A model generated the notes under the pieces. The model was not told the DNA's origin. It saw only the letters and a list, made by a program, of their open reading frames with translations, and ran no database searches. Shown here one piece after another: positions 36,932 to 49,968 of a DNA stretch of 64,000 nt. Origin of the DNA: Oikopleura dioica (Eukaryota; Animalia; Chordata); assembly GCA_907165135.1 (NCBI GenBank), contig OU015566.1, positions 7,254,001-7,318,000 on the forward strand, in the 5' to 3' direction. How positions within the stretch are numbered: position 1 is the stretch's first letter; the number at the start of each line of letters is the position of its first letter. A program made the position numbers and the translations under genes.

Positions 36932-39409
36932 ATGTCTTGGAGGTACCGGAAATCATTGAATTATGGAAACCATCAAATAACTGCGTGTTTTAGTCATTGT
37001 GCCCTTGGCGAGTGTGGCCAGCCATTGAAACCTTACGAAAATGCGACGGAAGTTCAGGAAAGAGCCTAAATTCTTGCTTCAATATTTTTCTCGCCAGCGT
37101 GATTGAAAAGTAAACACGCTCGCTTTTGAATTTCTGAATTTGTAACGAGCATGACTTTTTTTTGTTTTATTTGCCGAACATCATAATTCATGATTCAAAA
37201 AACTCTTCCAAGAAGACCATCGTCAAGGGAGTTCATCTTTGATAACCCATAAATCTCCAAACATCAAATTTGAGCTCATAAAAAAGTGCACAAATCCGGA
37301 CTGCGATCAGCCGACGGTCATGCACAATCAATGCTTTCAAAAGTTTGAGGAGACGCTGCTCGAGGGGCTGTCTCAACAAGGTAGGGAAAGGAGAGATCTT
37401 GTGGAGTTTGATGGTCTGTCAGACTGGAGTTGGACTCTTGACCGTGGCGCGTATTTGACTTTTGAGGATTCAAAAGATCGTAAAAAATGATTGATTTTGC
37501 AGGAAATCTCAGAAAGATTCACTGTTCTTCCATTACAGGCATTTTGCAATGATTTTGATATTGAAAATTAGTTCAAAATTAGTCCGAAAGCGGAAAAACC
37601 AAATCCCATATTTCTCGCCCGCGGCTTGGGCTCTATTAACTTTCGGTCTGATAGCCGCAACTGGTGGCGCAAGTTCACTGTTGCCCTCTCTCCTGGCTTG
37701 AGATTGCGTCACGTGACGGCGACTTCGATCAGCTTTGGCGCGCTGCCAGTAAGAGGCCACTATTGCTGCTGCCCCGTCCGCCCGTGACCACTCAAGCCAA
37801 AAATAATTTTCAGCCAACTCTGAAACTCGAACCCTTTTTTTTAGCGAGATACAAAACAGCCTCCCCGAGAAAAATAAAGAACCATCTGTGGACGGAGAAC
37901 GCGTATACTTTGGTCTACAAGGTAAATTAAAAAAAAATATCAAAAATTTTTTTGAAATCAATAATTTTAATAAAATTTTTTTTGAGAAAAATAAATTTTT
38001 TTTTTTCGAAAAATATTTTCAAATGAATGACTCATAAATTCTAGTTGTGCACCTGCGAGTGCTCAAAAGGCATTGTTCGCCCGGCGTTTATGAAGCCAAA
38101 AAACGAGCATCATCACAGATTACGAACAGAAACAGGGTAAGCTCTTCCCGCCATTCACAAACAATCGCTTCATAAATCATTATTCAGCGATTCTAATGGA
38201 TCATCGGGCTATGGCTCGGCTCCTGGCACCTCTCCATCTTCGGGTTCGCATCCGTCTCCTCCAGAACAGACAAGACCCGTCAATGGTAAGAAACAATGAC
38301 GATTTCTTATTGGCTAATGACCTGAAATACTGTTTCTCATTTGACGATTTTCTCGATCGACTATTCATTGTATTAAAATTCTCTCTTCATAGAAACAAAA
38401 CCGAAAGGAGGAACAATGGGCGAGTTTATCGATTCCGAGATCCCCGTCATCCTGAAGAACGCAAAAGTCAAGCGAAAAGGAAAACGCTCTATCGTCTCAA
38501 TTGGAACTGTCGTCACTGATGTCCAGACGGATAAACATGTATCTGATCTTACGCAGAAAGATCTCAAGCTGCGGCCGATGCGCCACACGAATTTCAGACA
38601 CAGACTCGATTTCAAGGGAATTGAAGAGTATCTTCCTCCGCACAAGTTCAACTCAAACCATATCAAAGTCGATTGTGAAGGTTTTTGAAAAATCTTTATT
38701 TTAAAAACTCATTTCGAACTTGAAGGATATGCCATGGAAGACATGAAAACATACGTCCTCTCAAACCTGTCCATGTGCGGCGCTGACGAAATCTTCTGCT
38801 CGGTTTGTCGGATCCGAATGCCAGTTTACGACCAGTTTCCGCTCGTCAATGGGCTTATGTTTCTGTCGCCAGATATTAACTCAACTGAGCATCCTGTTTT
38901 CGTGAGTGGCACCGAAAATAGAACCGTTCTTCAGCTAGTCTTCTTCAGGTCAAAATTGACGGACAGAATAAGTACATTCATGGCGTTTGTGTACAATGCT
39001 TGGAAGGGAACGATGTCGAATGTGGCTATTGCAGGGTAACATGGTAAGTTTGATGAGGATGATCTTTATCTCACTGTTAATTGGTTTTCATAAAGATTCT
39101 TTTAGGTCTGGTGGTGAATTTCAAATTGGTACTCTTTACAAATTCGATATTTTCGCCGCGAAGCCATGCTGTGAAGCGAGAGTCTGCTGTAAAAACTGCA
39201 GTAAGTCTCAAACAACCAATGCTTCATTTTTGTAGAATTGATAGACTAAGAATCTATTAGGAAAGCCACTGGGAGATTACCGAGTGCCGCGCGCGTATTC
39301 CTACTACTCAAAACGAGAACGATGCCACTCCTGCTACGCTGTTGACTATCATTGCATCAACCCGATGAACACCTATCGTCTCAGGCCAAACCAACCAGGC
39401 CCAGCCTAA
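36932..39409 (+). CDS. HECA: Headcase protein homolog; start uncertain
   Basis: MHNQCFQKFE, GAYLTFE/LCTCECSKG; C-terminal domain HRLDF...PHKFN, CSVC...VYDQFPLVNGLMFLSP, VCVQCLEG, QIGTLYKFDIFAAKPCC, CHSC...DYHCIKP. Confidence 0.9.
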
Positions 39410-40178
39410 TACGTTTCAAATACGAGTGTCTGTTTGTCTGTTCGTATTTATGACTGATTCCGAAACCCCAGTGACAAACAGACCTTTTCGAAAATTCCCC
39501 ATTTGGACCCTAAAATTTTCAACCAACCATCTTTCAATCTCGAAATGGTTTGGGTATTTTATCAAAAAAAAAAAATAATTAACAAACTAATTTTCAAAAT
39601 CAGGAATTTTCTTTCCTAAAGCCTACTTGAATTTCTTACAAAAATTCAAGGCACGGATCCTGAAGATCCAATCTTCACGATCACCCAATTTTACGTCCAA
39701 TTTTTGTCTATTTCTTGTCCAGCAAGCGATAGGCCACCCTTAGTACCAATTTTCAACGATTCAAAAAACAACAACAAAAATGTGCTCTCCTCCTTGTTCT
39801 CTATTTTCCTTATCTTCTTCCCAAAGATCAGAAGGTGTCGCCGATTCTTCTCTATTCAACAAAACGTTTAAAAAATATTTTCAGCAAAAACAAAGAAAAA
39901 AACCCCAAGTACTCTTAAAATCAGGTCGTTCTCCTTGCTTCCCGGCAGAATGCCAGTGGCAAGCTTGATTTTGAAAGTGTGGAGGAAGAAAAAACTTTTA
40001 GTACCAATTTCTATCACGTTCGCTATATTTCATTCATGTGGTTTCAATATTTCAATAAAATTCTTGTTCGATAAAACTTATTAAAACTATTTATTTTGAA
40101 AGCAGGGGAAAACAGATAAATCAAGAACTAAAGGAAAATAAAGAAGTCGATATCGTCTCAATTTGTCGGCATTCTTCA

Positions 40179-41532
40179 TCAGTAGATTTTTCGAACGTCG
40201 CTCATCTGAAAAGGCTCCCGGCAGCTAGGGCAATTCTTGGGGTTGAGAGCATTGAGACATCGGAAGCAAAAGGAGTGAAAGCACTTCGTTATGCACGATT
40301 GATGGTGGAGATTTTTGTCGAAAGGCGAGAAGCATACTTTGCAGCAATTATCGTCAGCTGGCTCTAAAAGATGAAGTAAAAATAATTTATGTTTGGTAGC
40401 AAACCTCGGTTCGGTGTTTTGGGTTGTTTTTCCCTGACTCTCTTTTTTCTTTCGGATAATGATTGGAGTTTCTTCTGAAGGTCATTTTTATTTCGGGCTA
40501 GCCGCTCATTCTCATGTAGAAGATTTTCTATTTTTGAAGAGTTGTCATTCATTTTCTTTTCGACAGTCTGTAGTTCTGCAGAAATATCTTTTTCCTCGAT
40601 GAAGATTTTTTCGAACTCGTTCCTCATTGATTGTAAATTCGAGTTCATTTCTTGTAACTCATTTTCTCGCGAGTTCAGATCTCTCTCGATGTCTTCAGGA
40701 AGTCGCACGTGATGAGAACCAGTGGTTTTGACCCTTGATTTGGGCTTACTCGTTGATTTTTCGGGAAAACGAGGTTGGCCAGATGAAGAACACTCGGATT
40801 TTCGAAAATGTTCGAAAAACTCGTTGAAGGTCAAAGAAGCTTCGCATTCCATGTAAAAGCATTTGAAGCGAGTTTTTATTAAACTTAAAGTTCCGGGTCT
40901 GTACTGTGTACAAAATTTGCATTTGCATCCTTGCTCATGAGTAAAACTCTGCACTGAAGCACAATCAGTGCAAAATGCATTGATACCTTTGAAACCGTCA
41001 TCGTTGCAATAACAGTAGTAAAATTTCTTTGGAGCAACACTTTAACATCAAATGAGTCTATTTCAGTTATTCTTAATTAAACTTACGAGCATATTCTGCA
41101 TTTCGCAACATAAGTCGCACTATGCGAATGCTTCCGACCATCAAAGAAGTAATTTCCATCCAAATATTTTTCCGGAATCTCTTGTTTTTCAACACTTAAA
41201 ATAGGTGACTGCCTTAATCGTCGTTAAAACGTTGCATCGGCTGCCTTAATCGTCGTTAAAACGTTGCATCGGACTGCTTTAGTCATCGCTAAAACGTTGC
41301 ATGGGCTGCCTTAATCGTCGTCTGACTCATCTTGCCTTTTTCAATTTCAAGATAGGTAGGCGCGCGCCAACCAGCGCTTTCAGAGTGTTTCTAGACTTTC
41401 CAGATTCTCCCAAGACGACGATTAAGGCAGCCCAATGCAACGTTTTAGCGACGACGATTAAGGCAGCCGATGCAACGTTTTAACGGCGATTAAGGCAGTC
41501 TCCTATTTTATTTGCGCCACTTTCGGGGACAT
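40179..41532 (-). CDS. Zinc-finger/coiled-coil protein with a C-terminal C3HC4 RING; exon 1 interrupted by a transposon
   Basis: CKVC...CFHSFCFRC...CPSC RING; long heptad region; N-terminal Cys cluster; ATG 41532 after TTTTTTATACACGCTAG. Confidence 0.75.
41199..41508. mobile_element. Foldback/MITE with TA TSD and internal ~31-bp subterminal tandem repeats
   Basis: TIR AAATAGGTGACTGCCTTAATCG / CGATTAAGGCAGTCTCCTATTT; TA at 41197-41198 and 41509-41510; repeats CTGCCTTAATCGTCGTTAAAACGTTGCATCGG inverted between the arms. Confidence 0.85.
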
Positions 41533-42063
41533 CTAGCGTGTATAAAAAATTCTGAATTCAGTTGAAGCGAACGAAAAATGAATTTTTACTATCGCGTTAT
41601 ATTTACCGAACAGAATTCGCTCAGCAAGTCTCATTCTGAAACAATGTATACTGTATACAGTTTGTTTCCATTTTTCCGGAGTCCATTTTTCCGATTATAA
41701 GGCATTTAAGTGGGGCACTGCAAAATTAACCATGGTCCAATTTTCCGAATATTATCCAAATTTTACTGACATGCGATCATTTTTTGTCAAAAAAGAATCA
41801 ATCTACCGTTGAATAAGGGTGCGCGTCTTTTCTGGCATTTTTGAGAAATGCGTCTTTTCTGGCATCGCGTTCTTTCTGGCAGTCGCGTCTTTTCTGGCAC
41901 TGGAGTCTGATTCATTTTACTCTGATATTGAGTAGGGTCTACCAAATCTAATAAGCTGATTTGAATAGCATAAAATCTTTACCTTCAATAGCAACTTGCC
42001 ACAGGCAAAACTTTTTATTTGATTTATAAGTTTTTATCATCAAAAAATAGTGCTGATCATTTA

Positions 42064-42758
42064 CAGTGTGAAGCACTTTTAAGGCCGATTTTCGGATGAC
42101 AGCGAATTTCAAAAGTGGCCTTAAAATAGATATTTTTGTCCCGAGTCGGATGACAAGAAATTTTTCCCTTTTTTGGACAAAAAAGTATAAAAAATTAATA
42201 AGGCTTTCATCAACCTCTTGATGACGTCGCATTCTGTCGTCTTCAGAAAAAGATCCGCGTTTACATTAAAGATTTCGTTGTCGAACATGATCACTCGAAC
42301 ATCAAGGAAGAAGATCTCGTGAATCAGGCGAACGAAATCTTCATGAACATGAGCCCTGCAATCTTCAAGCGATCATGGCTCAACAAAGGACTACTTCAAG
42401 AGGATGATTTTGAAGAAAAATCGAGCAGTTGAAGATCTCGAGAAAGTGTTCTGGAGAAACAAGAGGAAAAATTGGTCGAGCATTTCCTAGCGTTTCAAAT
42501 TGATGAAACACGTCCTTCAACATTGAGAGTGTAAAAAGCCTTAAGTTCAAGGGACAGACAATGCCGACGCTGAGAAACCATTGACTTCATAATGGCCGGA
42601 GACGCAGTCGAATATGACTAGTTTTTAAGTGAAACTTTCGGATTTTGAATAACAATTGAAAAAGTGGCCTTAAAATGGATTTTTCTAGGATGACAGATTT
42701 TGGGGATTTTCCGAAAAAGTGGCCTTAAAAGGGTCGGCCTTAAAAGTGCTTCACACTG
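42064..42758 (+). mobile_element. pogo/Tigger deletion derivative with a transposase C-terminal remnant
   Basis: TA|CAGTGTGAAGCACTTTTAAGGCCGA TIRs; 42207-42435 reads HQPLDDVAFCRLQKKIR...IFKRSWLNKGL, the QPLD motif of DDE_1 transposases. Confidence 0.82.
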
Positions 42759-42972
42759 TACATAATTTAAAAGATTTTCAGCATTTATTATGATGATCTA
42801 ATAATTCTTTATTCGATTCTAGTGCCAAGAAATTGGTCCCCTCAATCATATTCAAAACTACGGGTTCTTCTTCTTGAAGATAATTTAAGAAGGAAATAAC
42901 AGTTAATTAGATTTGGTAGACCCTACTTGATATTAGAATTCAATGAATCAGACTTCAATGCCAGAAAAGACG

Positions 42973-44149
42973 GAGTGGTCGCCTCTCGCCCAGATCGCCT
43001 CCTGCCCAGATCGCCTCCTGCCCAAGATCGCCTCTCGCCCAACTTGGGCAAGAGGCGATCTGGGCCAGAGGCGATCTTGGGCGAGAGGCGATGAGAAATA
43101 ATTTTCAAAGAAAACTTTAAATGACTTGGGCTAGAGGCGATCTTGGGCAGGAGGCGATCACTTTAATATAATTCCATTAAACTTCCTCTGCTATCACGTG
43201 GACTGATTTTTTCATTCAACTTCTCAAGAAGACGATTTTTCCTCAACTAAATTCGAAAACACCTCCAAAATAGAACGAACCGATATTGAATCATGCAAAA
43301 GTCATGAGAAACCTTCTTTCCGATCAACACAGGGATTAGCGCCCTATTTCCTGCTCTTTCCAGCTTTGATTAGTGATTCGATTATCACTTGAACTCTTCT
43401 GAATTTCCATATTCTGAAATAACCAGGTAATGAAGCTACCGGATACTTTTGAGTTCGCTGGGTTGATGTTCAATATCACAACAACGAGCCAATTTGAAAG
43501 AAAGGGGAATGACGGTCTGTTAGAAACTCTCGATTCTCAATTCAAGTCGAATAAATTCTACACTTCTTGACGAAACGATCCTCAAGACAAAACGCTTGAT
43601 AACAGCCACCAGTTTTGAATCCGTCATTATTTATGAATAAATATTATTATAAATATATTATTGATAATCAATTCATAACTCTTGTTTTCTTTTAAATAAA
43701 AGTTATTTTTGAATGCAGTCCGTTGGGTACTTCTTTGATGAGAGCGCATCGCAAACAACACTAGAAAGAGCAGGAAATAGGGCGCTAATCCCTGTGTTGA
43801 TCGGAAAGAAGGTTTCTCATGACTTTTGCATGATTCAATATCGGTTCGTTCTATTTTGGAGGTGTTTTCGAATTTAGTTGAGGAAAAATCGTCTTCTTGA
43901 GAGGTTGAATGAAAAATCAGTCCACGTGATAGCAGAGGAAGTTTAATGGAATTATTTTAAAGTGATCGCCTCCTGCCCAAGATCGCCTTTCGCCCAAGTC
44001 ATTGATAGTTTGCTATGAAAATAATTTCACATCGCCTCTGGCCCAAGATCGCCTCTGGCCCAAGATCGCCTCTTGCCCAAGTTGGGCGGGAGGCGATCTG
44101 GGCAGGAGGCGATCTGGGCAGGAGGCGATCTGGGCGAGAGGCGACCACT
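42973..44149. mobile_element. Foldback element with ~400-bp inverted arms and 15-17-bp internal repeats, 9-bp TSD
   Basis: Arms ~42974-43380 and ~43755-44149; repeats GATCGCCTCCTGCCCA; GAAAAGACG duplicated at 42964-42972 and 44150-44158 but single in the host's left TIR. Confidence 0.88.
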
Positions 44150-45115
44150 GAAAAGACGCGACTGCCAGAAAGAACGCGATGCCAGAAAAGACGCATTTCC
44201 CAAAAATGCCAGAAAAAACGCGCACCCGTTGAATAAGCTTCTTATGGGGGCTAGTTAAGCTTGTTGGCGAGGATTCCATCAATTTCTGGAAGCTAGAAGC
44301 TTACTTCGCGGAAAATCGACTTCTTGACTGAGAAATGTCTGTTTTTCGAAAAAATTTAAGTATATTTGGTGGGACATGCATTTTTTGCAGGTGACCCAAT
44401 TTTCCGGACATTTTTGAAAATCTGGGCAAAAATTAGTCCGGAAAAATGGAAACATACTGTATTTGTGTTATAAAAAGACCAAGGGAAAACGTGGGCAAAA
44501 ATTCAGAGGTAAGAACTCGATCAAAATTTTTGGTGATAGAATGAAGCGCTTAAATCCCCAGCCTTGATTGCAGAATTGATTCAATATTGTAGATGACTGT
44601 ATTTCTTATGTATGGCAGGAAAATAGAAGAAAACACAATTAACAAGAGATTAATATCAAAACGTATGAAGCAAGAAAATTAAGCACAAAAAAGCAATGAA
44701 AAAGCACACCCGTAAGCATTTACGAAAGACCGAGCTAAAATGTATCTTACAGTCAGAGTAAAATTATCAAATTGATAAAAAAGTTGTTCAGGAAAGCGGG
44801 AAGAACTAGAGCAGAGTTTCAATGAAATTTCCTATATAAAGTCAAGCCATGTTTTGTCAGCAAATAGTTTCACCTTCGTTTGAGATATAAAACATCAAGA
44901 AAAAAAATGTAAAATCAAAAGAGCTTTCTCGCAAATTTTTCGAAAGAAATAAAAGTGAATGATCAAATTTGATCATTTGATGATTTAAAAAGTATTAACC
45001 AGTTTGTCGAATATTTCAAAACTGGTCAATATCTGATCAAAATCGAGGAGGCGCCAAATTGGGCCAGTAAAAGTCGGTAAGAAAAAATGTAAAATTTTCA
45101 GCAGTGGATGAGCAG

Positions 45116-46582
45116 CTAATTTTCAAGGTGAATCTGTCTGTAAGCACAGACCCTGTCATGCTCTTCAAAGATCGTTCTGAGAGTGTTGCGTAGTCTCTGT
45201 GCTTCTAGGACTTCTTCGCGCGCTCGGTTTATGTCCATTTCCAGCTTCACCTTTTCTTTCTCGAGCGTTTCCAGTTGCTCCTGCTTTCTTTTGCGAGCTT
45301 TGGCGGCGGCTGCTCGGTTCTTTTCGCGCTTTTCGAGGACTCTTTTTCGCTCTTCTTCGTCGCTTATCTGAAAATATTGAGTAATTAGCTACCAGTTGGT
45401 GAAGAGCGATTTATCTTTACAATTTTATCAAAACATCAAAGTACAAATTTATAGAGAAGAAGCTCGGCAGAGATAAAGAATAATCAAATAATTGCTCTCA
45501 ATTCATATCGAAAATAATATATAAGGAAAAAGTTCTAGGGTTATTTGAAGACAAAGTCCTCTTGTATTGTCAACTTACATAATCTTCCTGAATTTTGCCC
45601 GCGTCGTTTTTGATGCTCGCGTATTGGCCGGATTTGTGTCTCGGCGGGAGTTTCTCTGCTGGCCTTCGTCTCGTCGCTACTTTTCTTGGCTTTCTTGCTT
45701 GTGGTTCTGGCGGAGAAGCTACACAACAGAATTGATGATGTCGTTTTTTCAGTAAGGCTCAAACCTGGCTGTGAAGCTGTATCTTCTACTTTGACGACTT
45801 CGTTGTATGCTGGGGGATTTTCAACTGCTGGCTGCGAGGTTGGCCTGAAAATGTTCTTAAACATTTGTTTCTTTAGTTCGTTTTTTTTTCTGGTCCAATT
45901 ATCAGTTATTTATCAACACTTTATCGATCAATTCCGGATTCTTTCTGGTTTTGATATTTCACGGTAAACGTAATGGAAACATTTATGATTTGATAGAATG
46001 AAAATCGATCCATCCTTCCTTCTAACTTGGCTCTTTTAACGATAAGTTATCGTCAATTACTAGGGTAAATCAGAAAGAAATCGACTTTTTTTTGGGGTTA
46101 GAAGAGGGGTCATATAATACATATTTAGAAAGCCAAGAACCTGAGGATCATTTTGACTATTTATACTAGGGGGTCATCTCATACCCTGAGTGCATTTAGG
46201 CACCTCCGAAGTCCCAAAATCTGGCCAACTTGCGCCCCAGAAGGGGGGGGGGGGGTAATCAGGTTCTCAAAATGACCGTCAGAGCCTGGGCTACAATTCA
46301 AGCCAAGTGGCTGGCTTTAAAAGGCGTTCAAAAATTCGAAATTCTCAAGTTGGCCAGATTTTGGAACTTTCGAGGTGCCTAAATGCCCTCAGGGTATGAG
46401 ATGACCTCCTAGTATAAATAGTCAAAATGATCCTCAGGTTCTTGGCTTTCTAAATATGTATTATATGACCCCCCTTCTAAGCCCAAAAAAAGTCGATATT
46501 AGTGATTTACCCTATCAATAACTTACATTGTTTGCAAGCTTTCATCAGAGGCAACAGGGAAGAAGTAATCGCTGCAGTCCAT
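45116..46582 (-). CDS. bZIP transcription factor, Fos/ATF3/JDP2-like
   Basis: Four in-phase GT-AG exons: MDCSDYFF..., then EEERKRVLEKREKNRAAAAKARKRK, a leucine zipper and an H-x-x-x-C tail. Confidence 0.82.
46061..46514. mobile_element. hAT-like MITE with ~170-bp TIRs in bZIP intron 1
   Basis: TAGGGTAAATCA...TGATTTACCCTA; flanks TCAATTAC / TCAATAAC (8 bp, one mismatch). Confidence 0.82.
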
Positions 46583-49500
46583 GATTTCTGTAAGGGAGTC
46601 ATCACGCAGACACGGCTGCACTAAAAGGCAAATTTAATCCTAAGATAAGAGTGGCGATCTCAGAGCGCGTTTGAAGTGTTTCCGGTGATGTGGGAGAGTG
46701 ATTATTTTTGTAGGAGGGGGTGATTTGTGGCTATGTTTTGCCAGCTTTGCCAGGAGGATATTCAGCGTCTAGTCACGCGCCCGGCTTGTTAGAAATTTGA
46801 GAGGGAAAAGGACGACCAGCGGGAGAGTGGTAGAAATTCTTGGAATTCCTTTGGTCTTTGTTATTTGATTTTTGAAAAGTTACTATTTGGACCTGAAATC
46901 ATGGAAGAGAACATTTCATTAAAACAATCGTTCATCAAGCTTCTTTAAAATTTAGAGTCTGAATGGATTTGATGATAAGAAAATGCTGAGATTTATATAG
47001 AACGTCTCTAGTCAGAGTTTCCCTTCTTTGGTTCTGGAAATAATGAATTTCAGAAAAGGTAAAAGAATAATCCTCGGAATCCGTTAAGGGAAATATTTAA
47101 AAAAGGGAAACAAGACAAATTTGTAAGCAAAAAAAAAAGGATTTCACCTATTGAAAAAAAAATTATAAGTCCGTAGATTAGGCACCCCAAAAAAGACCGA
47201 AAAATAAGCGGATAGCGTTAAAAGACTGCATTGTGCGATTTTCAATGATTACAGTTGTTTCCAGTGATCATGAAAATGTTTTTTATTTGAAAAATTGCGG
47301 CACTTATGTTCTCTCTTCTTTATTCTTTGGGGCGCTTTTTTACGAATTTTTCCGTGCTCGTAAAGGATATTCACGAATAATTAATACCGGGGTGAGTGTA
47401 TGTCTGTACATTCATAAGTGTCTTCAAGCAGCTTTATTCTCTTGCTTTCCATAATTGTTAGTTATCTCTAATTTGTGGTTGATTTACTTGCGATGCGAAA
47501 TTTGGAGTTCTGGTGAAAGGATTCTTCTGTCCTGAGTAAGTCCAGCATAAGGGCCCGAAGGCGAAAACTTTGGCTAGAGCTTGAATCATCCAGATAGCTT
47601 GACAGAGACATTTTCCCACTTTTGAACTTCTTTTTCTATTCTTTTCTAGTGCTCTTATTTTTGTTTCTATTGTTCAAAAAATAAGTTCGATGCTCAGTTA
47701 AGGGTACTACCCTGGATTTTCAAAATGGGCTTAAATCGAAGGTTGTACCCTTAAATCGAGAAGGTCTAATTCAAGGTCAAACTACAGTCATTTTTGATCT
47801 AAAAAAGTAAGAGAAACTAACATTCCTGAAATCCAAAAACAAATAGATAGATTTTTTGATCCGAGATAGTCTTTATTCTGAATAGACTCTAACAGAGCCT
47901 AATGTTTTATGCCGCCTTATCGGAGAAATTATAATATCGCCAATTGTCTCTATCAGAGAGGGTGCTATTTCTTCAAGAGATAGAATTAATGTTGGAAGCT
48001 GATAAAGAAGATGTTTGAATGTCCCATTTTTGTTCGATTTGAACACTTTTTACACTCTTTTTTGTCTCAAAAATTCTTCAGAAATCAAAATAAAGGGTAC
48101 TTATTTTAACGGAAAGACTCCTCCAGTAATTGATCATTTAATAAGCAATTAGTTATTGCCAATTACCTGCTTCATTGAAAATCTGGAAGGAATCTGCCCC
48201 AGATAAATCGAAAAGCTCGTCTGGTCGAAACCTTAATTTTCTCGTAAAATTTATGCTAAAAAAATGATAATTTACCTGTTTGGGCGTTGATTTGACATCA
48301 ACATTGAAATAATACTTCTGAGCGGATAAATTTTTATTTCTGAAAATCAGAACCGATAGAAATATAAATGATCTCCTATGACTGAAATAAATTTGTTTCG
48401 TATTTATATCCTATCGGCGGAGAATCCCAATTCCGTTTCCGTCGCCTTCTGCCGACAATGTCGCCGTAAACTCATACTCCCGGTCCCTCGGTTTTCAATT
48501 TTGACAAAATTGATGAATATACAGATAATTATAGTGGGGTCGAATCGGAAATAGTAGCTCTACTGCAAGATTTGATAGTGGCAAAAGACTTTTTATATTT
48601 TAAAATTGAATAAACTTGGCTTTCCGAAAATATTCAGATAATAGCGAACTATGGGTAAGGATAAAGGTTAGGGTTAGAGTCAAGGTTCAGAGAAGGGTAA
48701 TAGTTTGTATCTTTCATGACCTTGGACTAGACGCAAATCTTGTGAGTGGGCATCGCTATTCATCAAGTTAGAAAAAGCCTAATCAAAGGGTGATTCAGCC
48801 CGCCAGGTTTACTTATCCGTAATGCTTTCCCTTTTCCTATCTTTGTTGACAAAAAAATATGAAAGAAATGTATGGAATATAGAATCTTTGATTTTAATCT
48901 TGCTAATAGCTAGATAATCTTGAATTGGTGCTGATAAATTTCATATCATATCTTTATTCTTCAAAGGAAAATATGAATCGAAAAATATCTCCGCACAAAA
49001 TAAAAGTAAGATAAGAAAATACTCGAGGAAAACCTGAAAGATCTTTTGAAGAATCTTTTGATAAGAAATTCTATCGAAAACTGCTTATAACGATATCTCG
49101 GAGTTATTCAGAGTCAAAATACTTGCGTTCAAAATGTCTTTCTCAATTTTATTGATACGTTTTTTTTTATCTAGTTCGCAGTTTTTATTTTTAATTATTA
49201 CTTTATTATTTATTTTTTTCTTCTTTTATATTTTTAATTTTAAATAAATTTTGTCTTTATTATTTTTTTAAATTAAATTTTTGTAATAAATAATTATTAT
49301 AGTAAAATTTTTACTGATGAAATCATTCAAAAAGGATTGTCTAATCATGTTTGCTTCTGTAAGTTCATCCGCATGCCTGTGCTGGTAGTCAAAATTGTTC
49401 AAATTCTTCTTGGCGGTGGCTCTTTGTTTCTTCTCGCTAAATTCTCTTCGGGTGCTCTCGGAAGTGCTCGGAATGAGATTCTGCTTCGACTGTCCAATCC

Positions 49501-49745
49501 GCCGCGCTCCGAGCGATTCCGAGCGCTCTCCAGCGCCCTTTCGCGCTGAAACGCCGCCGCTAAAATTCAATTGAGAAAATGGACCTGTCGACTTTTGCTA
49601 CTGTAACCTTGACACTACTGCTTAAATATTTATCAAAGAAGAACTAAAGTTTCATGAAAACTTTTGTTAAAAAAGCATTTTTAATCTATTTTAGTATTTT
49701 TATTAATTTTATTAAAAAATAATTTTCTATTTCAATTTTCTTCAG

Positions 49746-49968
49746 ACAGAATTAATTACAAATCCGTTTCTGAATCAGCTAAGGAGGATGATATTCTTAT
49801 GGGCCTGCTGCAAAATGCTAATTTGAGGACAAATTTCCAAGCTGGAATTTTTCTCTTGGAAAAGGGCTCAGACGAATACCACCGGAAAACGCATTTAAGC
49901 TGTCTCACACCGGAGAATATGAGCCTGTTCTTGAGACCTAAGAGGTCTGGACAACAGTGGAAACTGTA
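49746..49968 (+). CDS. Possible terminal exon of an unresolved gene
   Basis: Acceptor TTTTCTTCAG followed by an open frame RINYKSV...GIFLLEKGSDEYHRKTHLSCLTPENMSLFLRP...-stop; upstream exons not found. Confidence 0.25.

Larger units (their letters stand above)
41817..44227. mobile_element. Mutator-like/foldback element with ~140-bp TIRs and a perfect 9-bp TSD
   Basis: GGGTGCGCGT...ACGCGCACCC; GTTGAATAA at 41808-41816 and 44228-44236; the right TIR is split into 42905-42972 and 44150-44227. Confidence 0.88.
41658..44459. mobile_element. Outer Tc1/mariner-pogo-type non-autonomous element enclosing three nested insertions
   Basis: TA|CAGTTTGTTTCCATTTTTCCGGA ... TCCGGAAAAATGGAAACATACTG|TA. Confidence 0.75.

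Noticed and set aside
37533-37961. GC-rich ORFs and a GTCACGTGAC palindrome (37708-37717) inside a headcase intron
   Set aside because: ORFs lack protein-like features; a single E-box/CLEAR-like site is not enough to call an element.
42923-44282. Several 60-90-aa ORFs in the ORF track
   Set aside because: Translations of the 15-17-bp internal repeats of the foldback element.
47698-47754. 57-bp mini inverted repeat bounded by TTAA
   Set aside because: Only 14-bp arms and a single copy in the window; may be a piggyBac-like remnant but unsupported.
47200-49600. Exon-like fragments including a DH-domain-like LMLDLLRTEESF segment
   Set aside because: Splice phases do not connect; the similarity is too short to support a gene call.
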